A stretch of 64,000 nucleotides of DNA, taken from Basidiobolus meristosporus CBS 931.73. Lineage: Eukaryota > Fungi > Basidiobolomycota. The DNA lies in assembly GCA_002104905.1 (NCBI GenBank), contig MCFE01000113.1, positions 62,001 to 126,000 on the forward strand. The letters run 5' to 3'. A model generated the notes under the pieces. The model saw only the letters and a list, made by a program, of their open reading frames with translations, searched no databases and was not told the DNA's origin. Below are positions 1 through 12,500 of the stretch, piece after piece (the stretch's first letter is position 1; each line of letters starts with the position of its first letter). Made by a program: the position numbers and the translations under genes.

Positions 1-150
1 ATGTGGATAAGATGGAATCTGTGAGTGTACCAACCACTGATAAAGATGTGACAGTTACCATCCAAAATAGTCTGACAGAAAGGCTTCAGGGCCTTGTATT
101 AGCAATAGAGTCCAGAACTAAGATATGACCTCAGGTCAAGTATATGGAAT
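1..150 (+). pseudogene. gag: Ty1/copia family A gag fragment, cut by a CMC element at 150/151
   Basis: GATAAGATGGAATCTGTGAGTGTACCAACCACTGAT...GAGTCCAGAACT matches the gag of the copies near 23250 (+) and 58560-58680 (-). Confidence 0.8.
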
Positions 151-224
151 CCCTATGAAAAATTATTGTGATGATCCCATCAAAAGGCTGCCCCAAATTT
201 AAAGGCCCATGACCAAGAGGTATA
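151..224 (+). mobile_element. CMC/EnSpm element left terminus (TIR plus start of subterminal region), truncated
   Basis: CCCTATGAAAAATTATTGTGATGATCCCATCAAAAGG matches termini at 1958, 44814 and the reverse complement of 44560. Confidence 0.8.
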
Positions 225-1473
225 AGACTTGTTCTGTTGAATAGTGCCACATAGTGCCAGCCTGTATATAGTGCCAGATTGATTTGGCACTTTACAACAC
301 CATCTGGCACTCTAATTTCTACCACTGTGCCAGTGATAGGATACAGTTACTGGTATTATTACTCAATCTTACTTACGTTGCTCAGAACTGTGCTTCTCTT
401 GCTTTATTCACTCTTCAAAAATCTCCAGACACATTTCTCTCAGTGGATATCTTCCTGTATGAATATACCAGGCATCAATCAGTATCTTAACTACTTTACC
501 TATTCTGCTGCTTTCTCCTATGTATGACTTTCCTCTGTATTTACCATCTAATAGGCTGAATCTACTTAGTTATCCAAATATATGCTCTACTCTCACTCTG
601 AAATGATCAAATATCTCATGGTAGAGCTTTGGCATCCTATTAAGCACACCACTCCTTGGCTTCATTTAAGCTTTACTACATCCTAATTTCTGACAATCCT
701 CTCTCATATGAGCTCATTCTACATTACACTTCTCCCCTCTGCTGAATTCTGAATGATTCTCCACCCAGAGTGCTTTATTATGCTTACTTCCAGCAAATAG
801 TCCTTTAAACCAGATGATGCTACCCTCAATGTCAGACAGTGCTTGAAACTTCATACAGTGTTCCTTGTGTTTGCCATAATGAAAGTGCCTCTGCCCTCTG
901 GGAGGTCTGTAAATCCTGACTGGGAGGTATCCAAATACTCCTGCTATGGAATCTATTGCTGAACACTCTGGGATATAGAAGTCTATTGGAGCTTCTGAAC
1001 CTAGTATTCCAAGCTTGGCCTTGGCCATTCATACCCTCTGCAAGGTGGTTCTTCATTGCTGTCAGCTGGGAATGAAAGCTTCTAGGACTTCTGTTGCCAT
1101 GTATGGTGGGATGAGACTTTGTAGGGCAGTAGTTCTTGCAATAGCAGAGAAGCTTAACAAGGGATCCCCCTGAGTAGATTAAGGTAGATGGTCTGCAGTA
1201 CTTGGTATAGATTTCTTCTAATGTGTCAAAGGAAATCCAGTGATAATGATGGATTGATGAGAAAAGACCATTCAGAAGAGTAAGTTAAATCAGAATTTGT
1301 ATGTGATAAAACAGATGTGACAAAAATCAATTTGGCGCAATCAACTTAACTTATCTGATTTTCTGTGCATTATGATTAAATCTCCAACAATTGCAATGTA
1401 TCCCATTATTATGTTGCAAAAGCATCCTCAAACAGTGACTTAGTGACTTTATTGATCATTTACTCACAAGTCT
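225..1473 (-). mobile_element. PIF/Harbinger-superfamily (PHIS) DNA transposon remnant; right boundary uncertain
   Basis: Begins AGACTTGTTCTGTTGAATAGTGCCACA, the same terminus as the three fold-back MITEs; contains a DDE_Tnp_4-like pseudogene; a weak 8-bp inverted match ACAAGTCT ends at 1473. Confidence 0.6.
408..1284 (-). pseudogene. DDE_Tnp_4 / HARBI1-like transposase (about 290 codons, one frameshift, three internal stops)
   Basis: Manual translation: LVKLLCYCKNY...(fs)DTxPVRIYRPPRGQRHFHYGKHKEHCMKFQALSDIEGSIIWFKGLFAGSKHNKALW...KPRSGVLNRMPKLYHEIFDHFRVRVEHIFG*LSRFSLLDGKYRG; resembles the D/GSxHD/RxRVEHxFGxL motifs of this family; stop at 408-410. Confidence 0.8.
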
Positions 1474-1791
1474 ATAATAAAATAGGAAATCTGCAATTGA
1501 TGCAATTTGGTCCATGTCAGTACAATCCAAGATGCATCATGCATAATATATGGAAATTCTACAATCAGATTAGTTTTCCTATATATCTCACATAAGACAA
1601 AGTTGATGCCAATATATTATGGTACAAGTATTCAAATCCATCACTAAGGTCCCTATACCAAGTCTCAACTCATTGTTAGTACAGCCCAGATAAAACCCAT
1701 CCCCAGCTCACAAGCTTAGTCTGATCCAGAAAAGTCAATATTGGATTTGTTTGAGTTCTGGCCAAATGATTTTAGTATGGCCCAAGTGTCT

Positions 1792-1957
1792 ATGATGAGC
1801 TTTCACATAGATATATTGGCACTAATCATTGATCTATCAGAACTAGATACCTCAGAGAGCTGACAGAGATGGAAGAGTCTGAGTAGAGAGCTGTGGCATG
1901 AGTTTTACATCAAGATCCCAGCCAATATATGTAAGAAGACATAAAACAAGACAAGTA
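1792..1957 (+). pseudogene. 5' part of a degenerate ORF with an F-box-like N terminus, split by CMC copy A
   Basis: MMSFHIDILALIIDLSELDTSES*QRWKSLSRELWHEFYIKIPANICKKT*NKTS; frame rejoins IKLNNALRVRGF after 7513 once the element and one TSD copy are removed. Confidence 0.35.
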
Positions 1958-2288
1958 CCCTATGAGAAACTATTGAGATGAACCTGTCAAAAGGCCATCA
2001 TAAAGTTAAAGTCCTGTGACTAAGAGGTACCAATCCTGTCAGGACATTGTCCAGAGACCGTTGAAAAATAATTGCACCCTAGATTTCACAAAAAACTTAG
2101 TCAAAATTTTTCACCACAACAATGCATAAGTGGCTTCTGATTGGTTCCCTGCCAATTTGCGCACTTTCTGACCCCAGACACTCTATTGCCTTCTATGTTT
2201 GTGTGCATTGATTGACTATTGCCTCCTTTTCACACTCTTTACTCCCTGACTTGACTGTTTCTCTTACTTTTCATGCATACAAATTGAT

Positions 2289-4362
2289 TTATTTCCATTG
2301 ACACTTTGGTTGTGCCTCAATTGCCAATTGTATTGACCTATACAAGTCCCTATACCCTACACAAACATTAAGCCCAACCACACACTCAACAAGTAACTCC
2401 ATTAAAATCCACCACTCAATAAGTATTTCTGCTGTAACACTCTGGTGCCACAACTTTGGTGGGAACCCAATGGCTTTATGCCACTGTTCATTCACAGGTT
2501 CCCACATGTCCTGGTCTTCAGCTGGCACTGCAAGGTTTAGCACCTCATCTGCCAGTATTTGCAAGAAATCCTTGCAATATTCCAGTGCATTTTCTTGAGC
2601 ACTGCTCTTGAAGAAGTGCTGCAACCTCTTGGTGTGCCTATTAATGTTCCAAAACTCCACTGAAGGCATTGTGATAGTTCTTCAAGCTCTTGACATTGTA
2701 GCCTTGTCTGTCATTGGGATCTCCACTCTGTCAGCCATGGAGGATGTGGAGGCTGTGGTAGACAAATTGCCTTTTCCAGCAGACTCATCTACCTTGCCAG
2801 AGTGTAGCTCAACTGGCTACGCTTCCAACTCTTGTGAAAACAGCTGTTTTCTTGTTGGTAAATCTTCTTGGCTATGATGGGATTCAGTCTGTTCCTGGCT
2901 TACAATGTTGATCAGCAGGAACAGCAGTTTTTTTTGCATGCCTCCCTGTCTCAGGCTTGTTTAGACATTTTTCCCTTTACCTTTTCTTTTATTACTGCCA
3001 GGTCTTTCACTGCTACTTTGTCTCAGTGCTTCTTGTAAAGAACTACGTTTTCTCCTGCATATATTCTGCTCTAACACATCTGTTTTGGCCTGCTTGTCTC
3101 TTGCTGGCACTCTGCTGGCAACCTGACGTTTCTTTTCAGCTTGTTTTGAGCTCTTAACTGTAGTAATGAACAGGCTCTTATAAAAGCGGCTGGTTTTTGA
3201 TACTACCAGGTCATTCACTGCTACTTTAACTGGGTGCTTCCTGAGTGGTACTACGCTTTTTCCTTGACAAATGTTGTGCTGGTGCATCCATGTCTGACTG
3301 CTTGTCCCTGATTGGCTCTCTTCCAGCTACCTGATGTCTCTTTGATGCTTATCTGGAGCTTTTGGCCCTGCTTGTAATGGGCTCTTGAGGATACCGCTGG
3401 TTTTTAGCTATGGCACCCTTGTTCTTCTGCCTTTGATAGTTTCTTCTATTCTTAAGATACTCTCTTAGCATACCAATGCTGGCCCAAAATCTCTTTACAT
3501 GTTTGAATCTAGGATAATGCTCATGGAACAAGTCAAGTGCATTTGGCTTGGCCTTGAGTTCAAGATGAGCTCATGGTATGCTGGCCTTAAGGTGATGGCA
3601 TGCTAGACTTCTGACAGCCTCTTATTTATATATTAGCCCACTCTTTGTTATTGTACTCAACGGCTTCATGGATCATCAATGTCTTTTGATTTTTAGGCTT
3701 TGGTATAAACACCACATTGTCTCCCTCCCATGCTATGATAGGTTTTTCTGCAGACTTTATCTATGAGCACTGTTGTTGTGCTTCAAAGGCTGTATGATGT
3801 TCCTCTGCTGCTACATTGGGAAATGGCTCAGTTTTTGGCTGTGGCATTGAGCTACTTGAGTTCCTTCTTTGCAGCAAAGATACTGCTTTCTCTACCTGGG
3901 ATATTGATTGCTCTACATGTATTATCTGCTCATCCTGTTTTGGACTATTTCCTGATTTCTCAGGGCCATTGCATCTATCTTATCAGCCACTGTACCTAAT
4001 TGCTTCATTAATGCTTTGGTATGAGCTGCCAACATACTTGCTAATATAGGTGGTGGTGATGTTATTATGGCCACTTGCTGGTCTTCAACTGAGGGTACTG
4101 CATTTGCTACATTCTCATCTGCCTGAGCATAATGGTCAGCTTGTGGCTCCACCAAGGTTCTCAATTGCTTACTTGACTGAGAGCCTGAGGAGTCTGCATT
4201 ATTACCTTCAATGGGCACACTGTCCACAGGGCCTTTTTTGGATGTAGCCCTGCTTGTTGCACTAAATGTCAAAGCAAGCTGTTGTCCAACTATTCTTTGG
4301 TTGCCATCAGTGGTGGTGTTTGGTTGAGAACCAGACAACTTTGCTTTAACTTTTGGTGGCAT
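2289..4362 (-). pseudogene. CMC accessory gene ORF-A, copy A
   Basis: ORF pieces 3922-4362 (MPPKVKAKLSGSQPN), 3349-3531, 2961-3287 and 2289-2669 match 42029-44222. Confidence 0.8.
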
Positions 4363-4583
4363 GTATATGGAAGTGAGTCAGGCCAAAGGGGAAATAGCGC
4401 TACATAGGTGTGTGTATGTGGTGCCACAACTTTATTTATAGTGCTTACTATGGCAGGTCATCATTGAATCTCACATTCATATAGGTACAATGTCTCAAAT
4501 ACAAGACTGTCTTAAGTTCACATGAGTATTGACCAAAAAGTAATAAAATAGCATTATGTTGTTGAAGGTCAACTGTTTGCCCC

Positions 4584-7031
4584 ATGGACCAGACTACTTT
4601 GACTCAACACCGTAAAAGAAGAGAAAAAAGACTATGTGGCTATTGTGGAAAGCCTTTCAGCCATGAAACATGCAGACAGCATAGGAAGTATTTTAAGGAT
4701 CATGGCCAGTGCTACCCACCCTAGTCATATTTGACCATTCACCAGTAATCCATCTTCTGGTGAATGATGCAATGTTATGGCTAGAGAAGTGGCATATTTC
4801 CACTCATGTCAGCAATGAGGGCTTTGAGGATTTATTACTACTTCTTGCCAAAATCATACCAGGATGCAACTTACCATGTACATGGTACAAGTGGACAATT
4901 GTCCTATGGCTGGCAACATATGATCCAGAGACTGTCCTGATTCCAGCATGTATTAACAGTTGCATGGCATTCACATTGAAAAATGCTACCATTGCAATGT
5001 GTCCAAATTGTCAGGAATCCACCACCATTGAGGGAAATCATTGTTCACACTCCAGATATATTCCAGTCATACCCTGTCTGAGGAAGCTGATGCAGTCCAA
5101 CAAATATTGCAAAGCTATACAGTACTGCACTCAGTATCAATCAAGTGCCAACATATCCAATATATCCGGTGGCAAACATTACTAACAGCTAAGAAGCAAA
5201 GGCTACTTTGAAGGTATATATGACCATGCCTTTGCTTTAGCACTTGATGGATTCTCACTAAACAAATACTCTACCAGCAAATCCTGCTGGCCACTGATTC
5301 TCATCAATCTTAATTTGCTGCCCATCTTACAGCACCAGAGCAATAATCTGATGGTAGTCTCACTGGTATTGGGGCCTAAATCACTGTCCAACCTGGATAG
5401 CTACCTGTATCCATTGCTGGATGAATTTTGTATGCTTTCCAGCAGTGTAGTAGGGTAAACATACCTCCCACAGTCAAGTTTATTCATATAGCTATTATGT
5501 GTGCTTATCCAAATTCTATCTTATCAGTATTATTCAATTCTTCTTTTACCCATATTTTTAGTATTATCACCATATGATGTTTACCCTGATTAGTTATTAG
5601 CATTAGTTATCCCAGATGTTATTCAGCTTTGTGAACTGTGTATGTATCTATATTTGGTAAGTACCTGCGTCAGTACCTGTGACACATGACCTAAGCCTGT
5701 GCTAACATCCTTACCATTTAAATAGCATTTATGGTATCTCTATGTTGCACAGGTTTCTGACTAGTGTTCCCTGATGGGTTGGATGTGCTGCGCCTTTTAG
5801 AACCTTCCAGGACATTCTTGGCATGTTTTAGGCTCATAGTGATGTCATCAAGAATTCCAGTGATGCCTAGAATTTTCTAGAGCCTAGTCATTAGTAATCA
5901 CTTTGCAATCAGGAAAAGTATTTAAGGGAAGTCAATCCCTCATCAATATATCATCCCTTCAATCAGTAACACTTCTTCCTTATTGATTAGCAGTTGATCA
6001 CTGCACCTGCCTTCAACAGTTACATCTCAGACCTGCCAAAAAGGAGCTTTTCAGGGTAGTGCACAAGATACACAGAGGCCTTTGGAGACACTTGGAGTAC
6101 CTAGGAAGCTAGAGAAGCAGGAGCTTTTACCATAGTGACATATTGACAAAGACACCAGCAGTTTAGACCCATAGGTTTTTGCATCCATCAGATTCCTCAC
6201 ACCTCTTGTGTTGTGTAGCTTCTCCCAGGAGTACCTCCACACCACCACAATGTGTAGATCTCTGCCACTACTGTATCCATTCTCTACTCCATCTTGCACG
6301 GTCTGTGGAGAATTTTAGGCCTTGCTTCACCTTTTGGGAGTTTCCTATGGAGTGGATGTGTGGGGAGATAGGAAGACAAGTCAAGTTGCAAGTACTCCCA
6401 TATCCCAACCTCATCAAGAGTATTACCATCAAGTCCATCATGGATGTAATGAGTTGGCTCATGGAGGACAGCCAGGAAGAGTTGGAAAATAATGAGGACA
6501 GATGTGCATATGGAGGCACCTATGCCTATGGCATTAAGAAGCTAAGCAGCCCCAATGCATGGGTAATCAGTTAAGTAATGCAAAGATGGGTTGAGTGTAA
6601 CAAGCAACTAATTTTTATCAGGAAGACCCCACAAAGATATGCCAGATTTCTTGTGGTCCCAAGCCAACTTCTGCACCATTCAATACAGAATTCACACAAA
6701 CAAAAGCCAGAGCGCACCTATAAGGGGGACTAGAATCCAATAAGGAGAAGGAATATATTGGCTTAATACCAAGAAGTTCTTTGTGGATATTGAGGAGGTA
6801 TTCATGGCAGAAGTGGCAATAACCAAGCATACATTTGCAAGATGCATATGTTACCTGAAGTACAAGGTATATGGCAACTTTGCAAGTATCACACTAAAAA
6901 GCCGCAAAGTAGAGGTGATAGAAGTATGTCAATTGTGGCAGGTGTGAGTGCTTGTAGATATTAGTAAGCAGGAGGCCGTAGTTTTCTTGGACTCAAACTC
7001 CATGCAGAAGACCCAAGGTAGTAGTGGGTAA
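4584..7031 (+). pseudogene. tnp2/Transposase_21-type CMC transposase, copy A (internal deletions, LTR insertion)
   Basis: Matches the 589-aa ORF at 40039-41808 (IPACINSCMAF, HAFALALDGFS, FTFWEFPMEWMCGEIG). Confidence 0.85.
5446..6249 (+). repeat. Solo LTR of an unassigned family C (804 bp)
   Basis: TGTAGTAGGG...CACCACCACA; homologous to the reverse complement of 36739-37717; replaces about 745 bp of transposase, no TSD. Confidence 0.7.
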
Positions 7032-7510
7032 GCAAATAAAGAGGGGCAATTCTACAGTGGAATATACAAATTGCACAAGGGGGGGGGTAGAAAAGGAAAT
7101 ACCTTTTGGTAAATTAGTATGGTAGCACTTTACAGTACCAGCAGTAGACCATGATACTACTAATATAATGCCACAAGAGTCTTGCAGTAAGGCCATCAGA
7201 ATACCTTCAGGTTTCTTGCCATATAAGGCAATTGAATGTCCTGGCTGATTGGATGAACTTAATGTAGTTATAGAGCGCTAAAAGACCACAACAATACCAT
7301 GCAAATATTGTCACAGCGCCAATAAAATATTGTCAAGTTTTATTGCTTTATTTGGTTGTAAAATTAGCAAAGCACCATCATGATCCCGTCATAAGATTGT
7401 TAGGAGGGTCACTAATTCCAAGCTGCTGGTATTGTGATGGTCTCTAAATGGGATCCTGATGACTGATCCAGATTGGATCCACCTGCAGGACCAAATTATT
7501 TTTCATAGGG

Positions 7511-8374
7511 ATATTAAACTCAACAATGCGCTGAGAGTGAGGGGTTTTGATGAGGAAGCTGTGCACAAGCATTTCCATGCGCAATTTGCGCAGTTTGAGC
7601 CAGACACATCCATTTGTGCCTCAACTTTGGGAACCAAAGAGATTATGAAAAGGTTTTTGCCTCATATGACTAATGTACTATGTAATATATTAGTAGAGCT
7701 AAGTTTTTCCAAGAGCAATACACACAGGAATCACAAGGCAACAGTTCCACAGTGGCCAACAGAGGGTAAGTGAGTACCTTGAGGAATCAGAAGGTGAACT
7801 TCAAGAGGATGAATACAGACCACAAGCAGCTGCATCTAGATTCAGCCAGGACTCCTTGCTTGATTCCTTACCATCCCCTGCATCATTGGCATGCCAGCAC
7901 ATGTCAGTCCAATCTACACCAACACCCCTAACAACAGCACCCTGCATTGAGTCAATGTGCATCAGATCAATGCAAGTGCTTCAGAGCAAAACTGCCAGAA
8001 CTCACCAAACTGCTCATTTAGACACAAGTCCATTGGAGCAGGCCAAGTTGTATCAACATGTAGCATCACATCAAACTCAGCCAAGGGCTATGTCAATGCA
8101 TCAAGTAGTGCCTGCATGTGCTAGCACACCTGAATATCAACAAGTCATCTCAGGGGAACTGACTGACAATGACCCAGATGGAGTGCCTCTGTCACTGGAG
8201 TCTTTGACAAGTAAAAAAATGCATCAGAGCATAGCATTTCAGGCTGATTCTGTTATATTTTCTGGAGCAATTCAGTATGGCCAAGCTCTAGCATTGCACT
8301 CATCAACTAGGAGGCAAAGTATTGACTACAAGTACACAAGTAGCAAAGATGATAGTCAACAAGGAAGTAGTTGA
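7511..8374 (+). pseudogene. 3' part of the degenerate ORF split by CMC copy A; acidic/low-complexity C-terminal region
   Basis: ORFs 7459-7773 and 7856-8374 are linked by an apparent frameshift near 7765 (VSEYLEESEGELQEDEY is in frame with 7856). Confidence 0.35.
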
Positions 8375-8499
8375 AGTGTGCAAAGTGATTCACTACCAAA
8401 TGCTTCAGTAGTAATCTCTGTGAGAAAAAACCTAGAAGAAGAGGATGCAATTCATTGAAAAGTTACCATTTGTCATGATTCAAACAACACATTTTTTTG

Positions 8500-9599
8500 C
8501 ATTCCAAAATAAGCCATCACAAATCAGTGATCACTTATTTCTGTTATAGGTTATATCAAGGTTGTCTTGCATTCAAGACAGAGCTCCTACAATAAAGACC
8601 CTGCATATGTATGTATTCTCTATAACACCAGTGAAGCTATTTGATTTGATCTACACCTACACAATTAGTTGTGTGCTTGCTATGACACCTTGTCCAATTA
8701 CCAAGATTGGGGGTTTACTTGCTCAGTGGGCATAATGGGATATTTGATGGCAAATCAGGCAGCGTTTGTATTGGTCAATAAGCAATTGGGGGCTAAGAGC
8801 TTCAGGATACTTTTAGATTAATCAGCTATAGACATACTGTGTAATTGAAGTGCTGGTAATCAAAATGGTAAGTATTGGTGTAGTTTATAGTATAATACAC
8901 AGTTATTCCCATTTACATCAAAGAAGAATTTCCAGTCACCAGATTTTACCTACCACAATAATAGTATCCAATTATGCACATGCTGCAAACATTGCAAGTT
9001 GGCACAATTGTCCATGCCAACCTCACTGTGTCGGATTACCTTGGGTCTTCTGCATGGAGTTTGAATCCAAGAAAACTATGGCCTCCTGCTTACTAATATC
9101 TACAAGCACTCACACCTGCCACAATTGACATACTTCTATCACCTCTACTTTGCGGCTTTTTAGTGTGATACTTGCAAAGTTGCCATAAAGCTTGTACTAC
9201 TGATAAAATATCCATTTTGCAAACATAAGGGTGGATGCAGCTACTTCTGCCATGAATATCTCCTCAATATCTGCAAGGAGCTTTTTGATATTTAGCCAAT
9301 ATATTCCTTCTCCCTGCTGAGTGCTAGTCCCCTATATAGGTGTGCTCTGGCATTTGTTTGTGCGGAATCCATACTGAATGGTGTAGAAGCTGGCTTGCAA
9401 CCAAGATAAACCAGCATACTTTGGTACAGCTTTCCTAATAACAATTAGTTGCTTGTTGCACCCAATGCAACTTTACATTACTTAACTGATTACCCACACA
9501 TTAGGGCTGCTTAGCTTCTTAATGCCATAGGAATAGGTGTCTCCATGTGCACATCTGCCCTCAGTATTTTCCAACTCTTTCTGGCTGTCCTCCATGTGC
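8500..9599 (-). pseudogene. Diverged CMC transposase 3' region (second subfamily)
   Basis: 8950-9599 aligns with 39150-39690; 8510-8930 aligns with 21420-21800 but not with copies A-C. Confidence 0.65.
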
Positions 9600-12500
9600 A
9601 AGAAAAAGCCATCAAGATGCCATTGACTATGACTCAGCTATGTTTGGAGTTGGGAAGCCCACAATGACTAATCAGAGAGGCTGCAATCTCTATGAAAGAA
9701 AACAATCAGAAGCAGTGCCAACAGAAATAGATGCTATGCCAAAGAACCCTACCTCAGAAGAATGTAAGAAGACAGGACTTTGCTTTAATTGCCACCAGTA
9801 GGAACATATTGCAAAATACTACCCTCAGAGAAGAAATGGATATCAGCCATCAAGAACCTTCAACCATATTGAAGTCCTTGAGCATAGTAACATGGAGGAT
9901 GAACTTGAAGATTCAGAACTCACCTTCTATATGACCAAAGAGTACCTATCCACAATGACATCAAACTCAGGAATGCTATTTTACTTGAATGGAGCAATCA
10001 ATGGAGTACTTGCCAAGATCATGATTGACTCAGGAGCATTGCATGAGTACATGTCAGAGCTATTTGCTTTGAAAGCTGGAATCAACATGGAATCCATCAA
10101 GTCAACTTCAGTCTCAACAGCTGATGGGAACACTCACATAATCAACTGTATTACTCAACCAGCACAGATGAAGATTAATGACTACAAAGAAGACCTACAG
10201 GACTATATATTTGGGAACTACAAGTTTGACATTGTACTTGAAAAAACCTGGCTACTTTGTTGTAGTCCATTAATCAACTGGAGAACCCATGCTACTCAGA
10301 TCCAGAAGGACAGCAATACCTATGAGCTATTACCTGCCAGACTGGATTTCAATTTGGTCAATTCCAGTGTGTGTGAGGCAAATGAGCATAGCAAGACACA
10401 GCTCTGGAGAGCACTTAGAAAAGGCGCCCATATGTTCCTCAAGGCGGTATTACAGGAGGATTCCTCTACTGCAGTACCCCAGAAAGTCCAGACTCTTTTC
10501 AAGGAATATTCCAATGTAATTCCAAATGAACTTGTAAGCCTAACACCAATCAGAGACATGGATCATGCCATTGACACAGGAGATAGCCCTCCAGTGAGTA
10601 AGACACCTTACAGAATGAGTCCATTGGAGTTGGAAGAGATGAAGAGACAAAGATATCAGTTATTGGAGCAAGGCTATATCAGACTCTGCAAGTTACCTTA
10701 GGGAGCACCATTACTTTTTGTGAAGAAGAAGAATGAAACACATAGTATGTACATTGACTACAGAGCCCTCAACCCAGTTACCATAAAGAGTAAGTACTTA
10801 AGGATTAATGAGCTTTTGGATCATCGCAATGGAGCCACTATATTCAGCAAGATTGATCTCATGTCAGGATACAACCAGATTAGGGTGGAGGCAGAGGACA
10901 TCCCTTGGACAGCATTCAGGACCAGATATGGACATTACAAGTACTTAGTCATGTGTTTTGACCTCACCCATACCCCTACAACATTCATGACCCTGATGCA
11001 GACTGTCCTCCTGTAATACTTAGACAGTTTGTAATAATCTACTTGGATGACATATTGATATACAGCAAGACAGAAGTGGATCACTTGGTGCACATTGAAA
11101 AGGCCTAGAAGAAGCTAAGAGAGAACACGCTATATGGCAAGCTACTCAAGTGTGAACTCTTCAAAGAGCATGTTGAATATCTGGGACACATAGTGACTAG
11201 CACAGGAGTGACCTTAGACCCTAAGAAAATTGAAATTATCAAGAATCTGAAGCAGCCCCATAGCATATCAGAACGCAGATAATTCTTAGAAATGGTTTCC
11301 TATTATTGGATATTCTCAAGTTGTTTGCAAGTATTACAGCTCCTTTAACTTAGATGCTTAAGAAGGACAATACTTACAAGTGGGACATAGCTTGTCAGAC
11401 TGCCTTTCAGACGCTCAAGAATGAACTTGCTAAGCTGCCAAGCTTAAGAATACCTGACTTCAGACAGAGTTTACTTTGTGTAAAGATGCTTCAGATTATG
11501 CAATTGGTGGAGTGTTGAGCCAAGAACACAAGGGAAAGGACTACCCAGTTGCCTTTGAATCCAAGAAACTGAACACAGCTGAACAAAATTATCCAATGCA
11601 TGAGAAGGAGATGCTTGCAATACTACACTGCTTGAAGACATTAAGGTGCAGTATTGAGGGAGTCAAATGCACCGTGAAGACTGATCACACCTCCCTTCTG
11701 TATATATTTACTCAGAAGGTACTCTCTAAAAGAATGGCAAGATGGTGTAAATATGCTCAGTAATTTGACCTGGAGATTGTCTACTGCCCTGGGAAAAACA
11801 ACTCAGTTCCTGATGCCATATCAAGATTAGAACAGTGTTGCACAACTCAACTTGGGGCATAGATCAGATTGACCTAGCCTATTACCAAATTACTTGCAGG
11901 ACCAAGCCATTCCTGATGAGGTGGATGAAGAGATCAAGGAGATAATCTGGGATAAAGCCAGCAAATTTGTTGCACAGGATGAAGCACTCTACCAGATTGT
12001 TGATAGAAGCCCTATGGCCTATAGTCCTTATGTTGCTCACCTGGATTTAATACATAAGCTACACAATGGATTTGGACATCCTGGAATTGAAGGAACCCAT
12101 AGCCTTGTGAAAGTCAGAGCATGGTGGCCCAGAATGAAACAAGACATTGAGAAGCTAGTGAAAACATGCCCATATTGCCAAATTAACCCAGGCTAACCAC
12201 AAAGAATTGCCATCCTCTATCCCTTGGAGTCTGTAAGACTATATGAAAGTTGGGAACTGACCTTATTGGAAAACTGCCAACTACCAGGAAATGTGACTGT
12301 TGGATCCTAATAGCAGTTGATCATGCCACTATATGGTCAGTGGCTAAAGCAGTACCTGTAGCCAGTGAACAATAAGTTGCAAGTCTCACCTATCATGAGA
12401 TCCTTATCATGTTAAGACACCTGGAAGAGATTCTATCCATTAGAGGAGCTTTATGGCAAAGACATTGGAAGCTTACCTGGAAATGCAGCACATCAGACAC

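Larger units (their letters stand above)
1958..7510 (+). mobile_element. CMC/EnSpm DNA transposon copy A (5.55 kb, decayed, both TIRs present)
   Basis: Starts CCCTATGAGAAACTATT, ends AATTATTTTTCATAGGG; flanks GTA/ATA (3-bp TSD, one mismatch); colinear with copies B and C. Confidence 0.9.
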
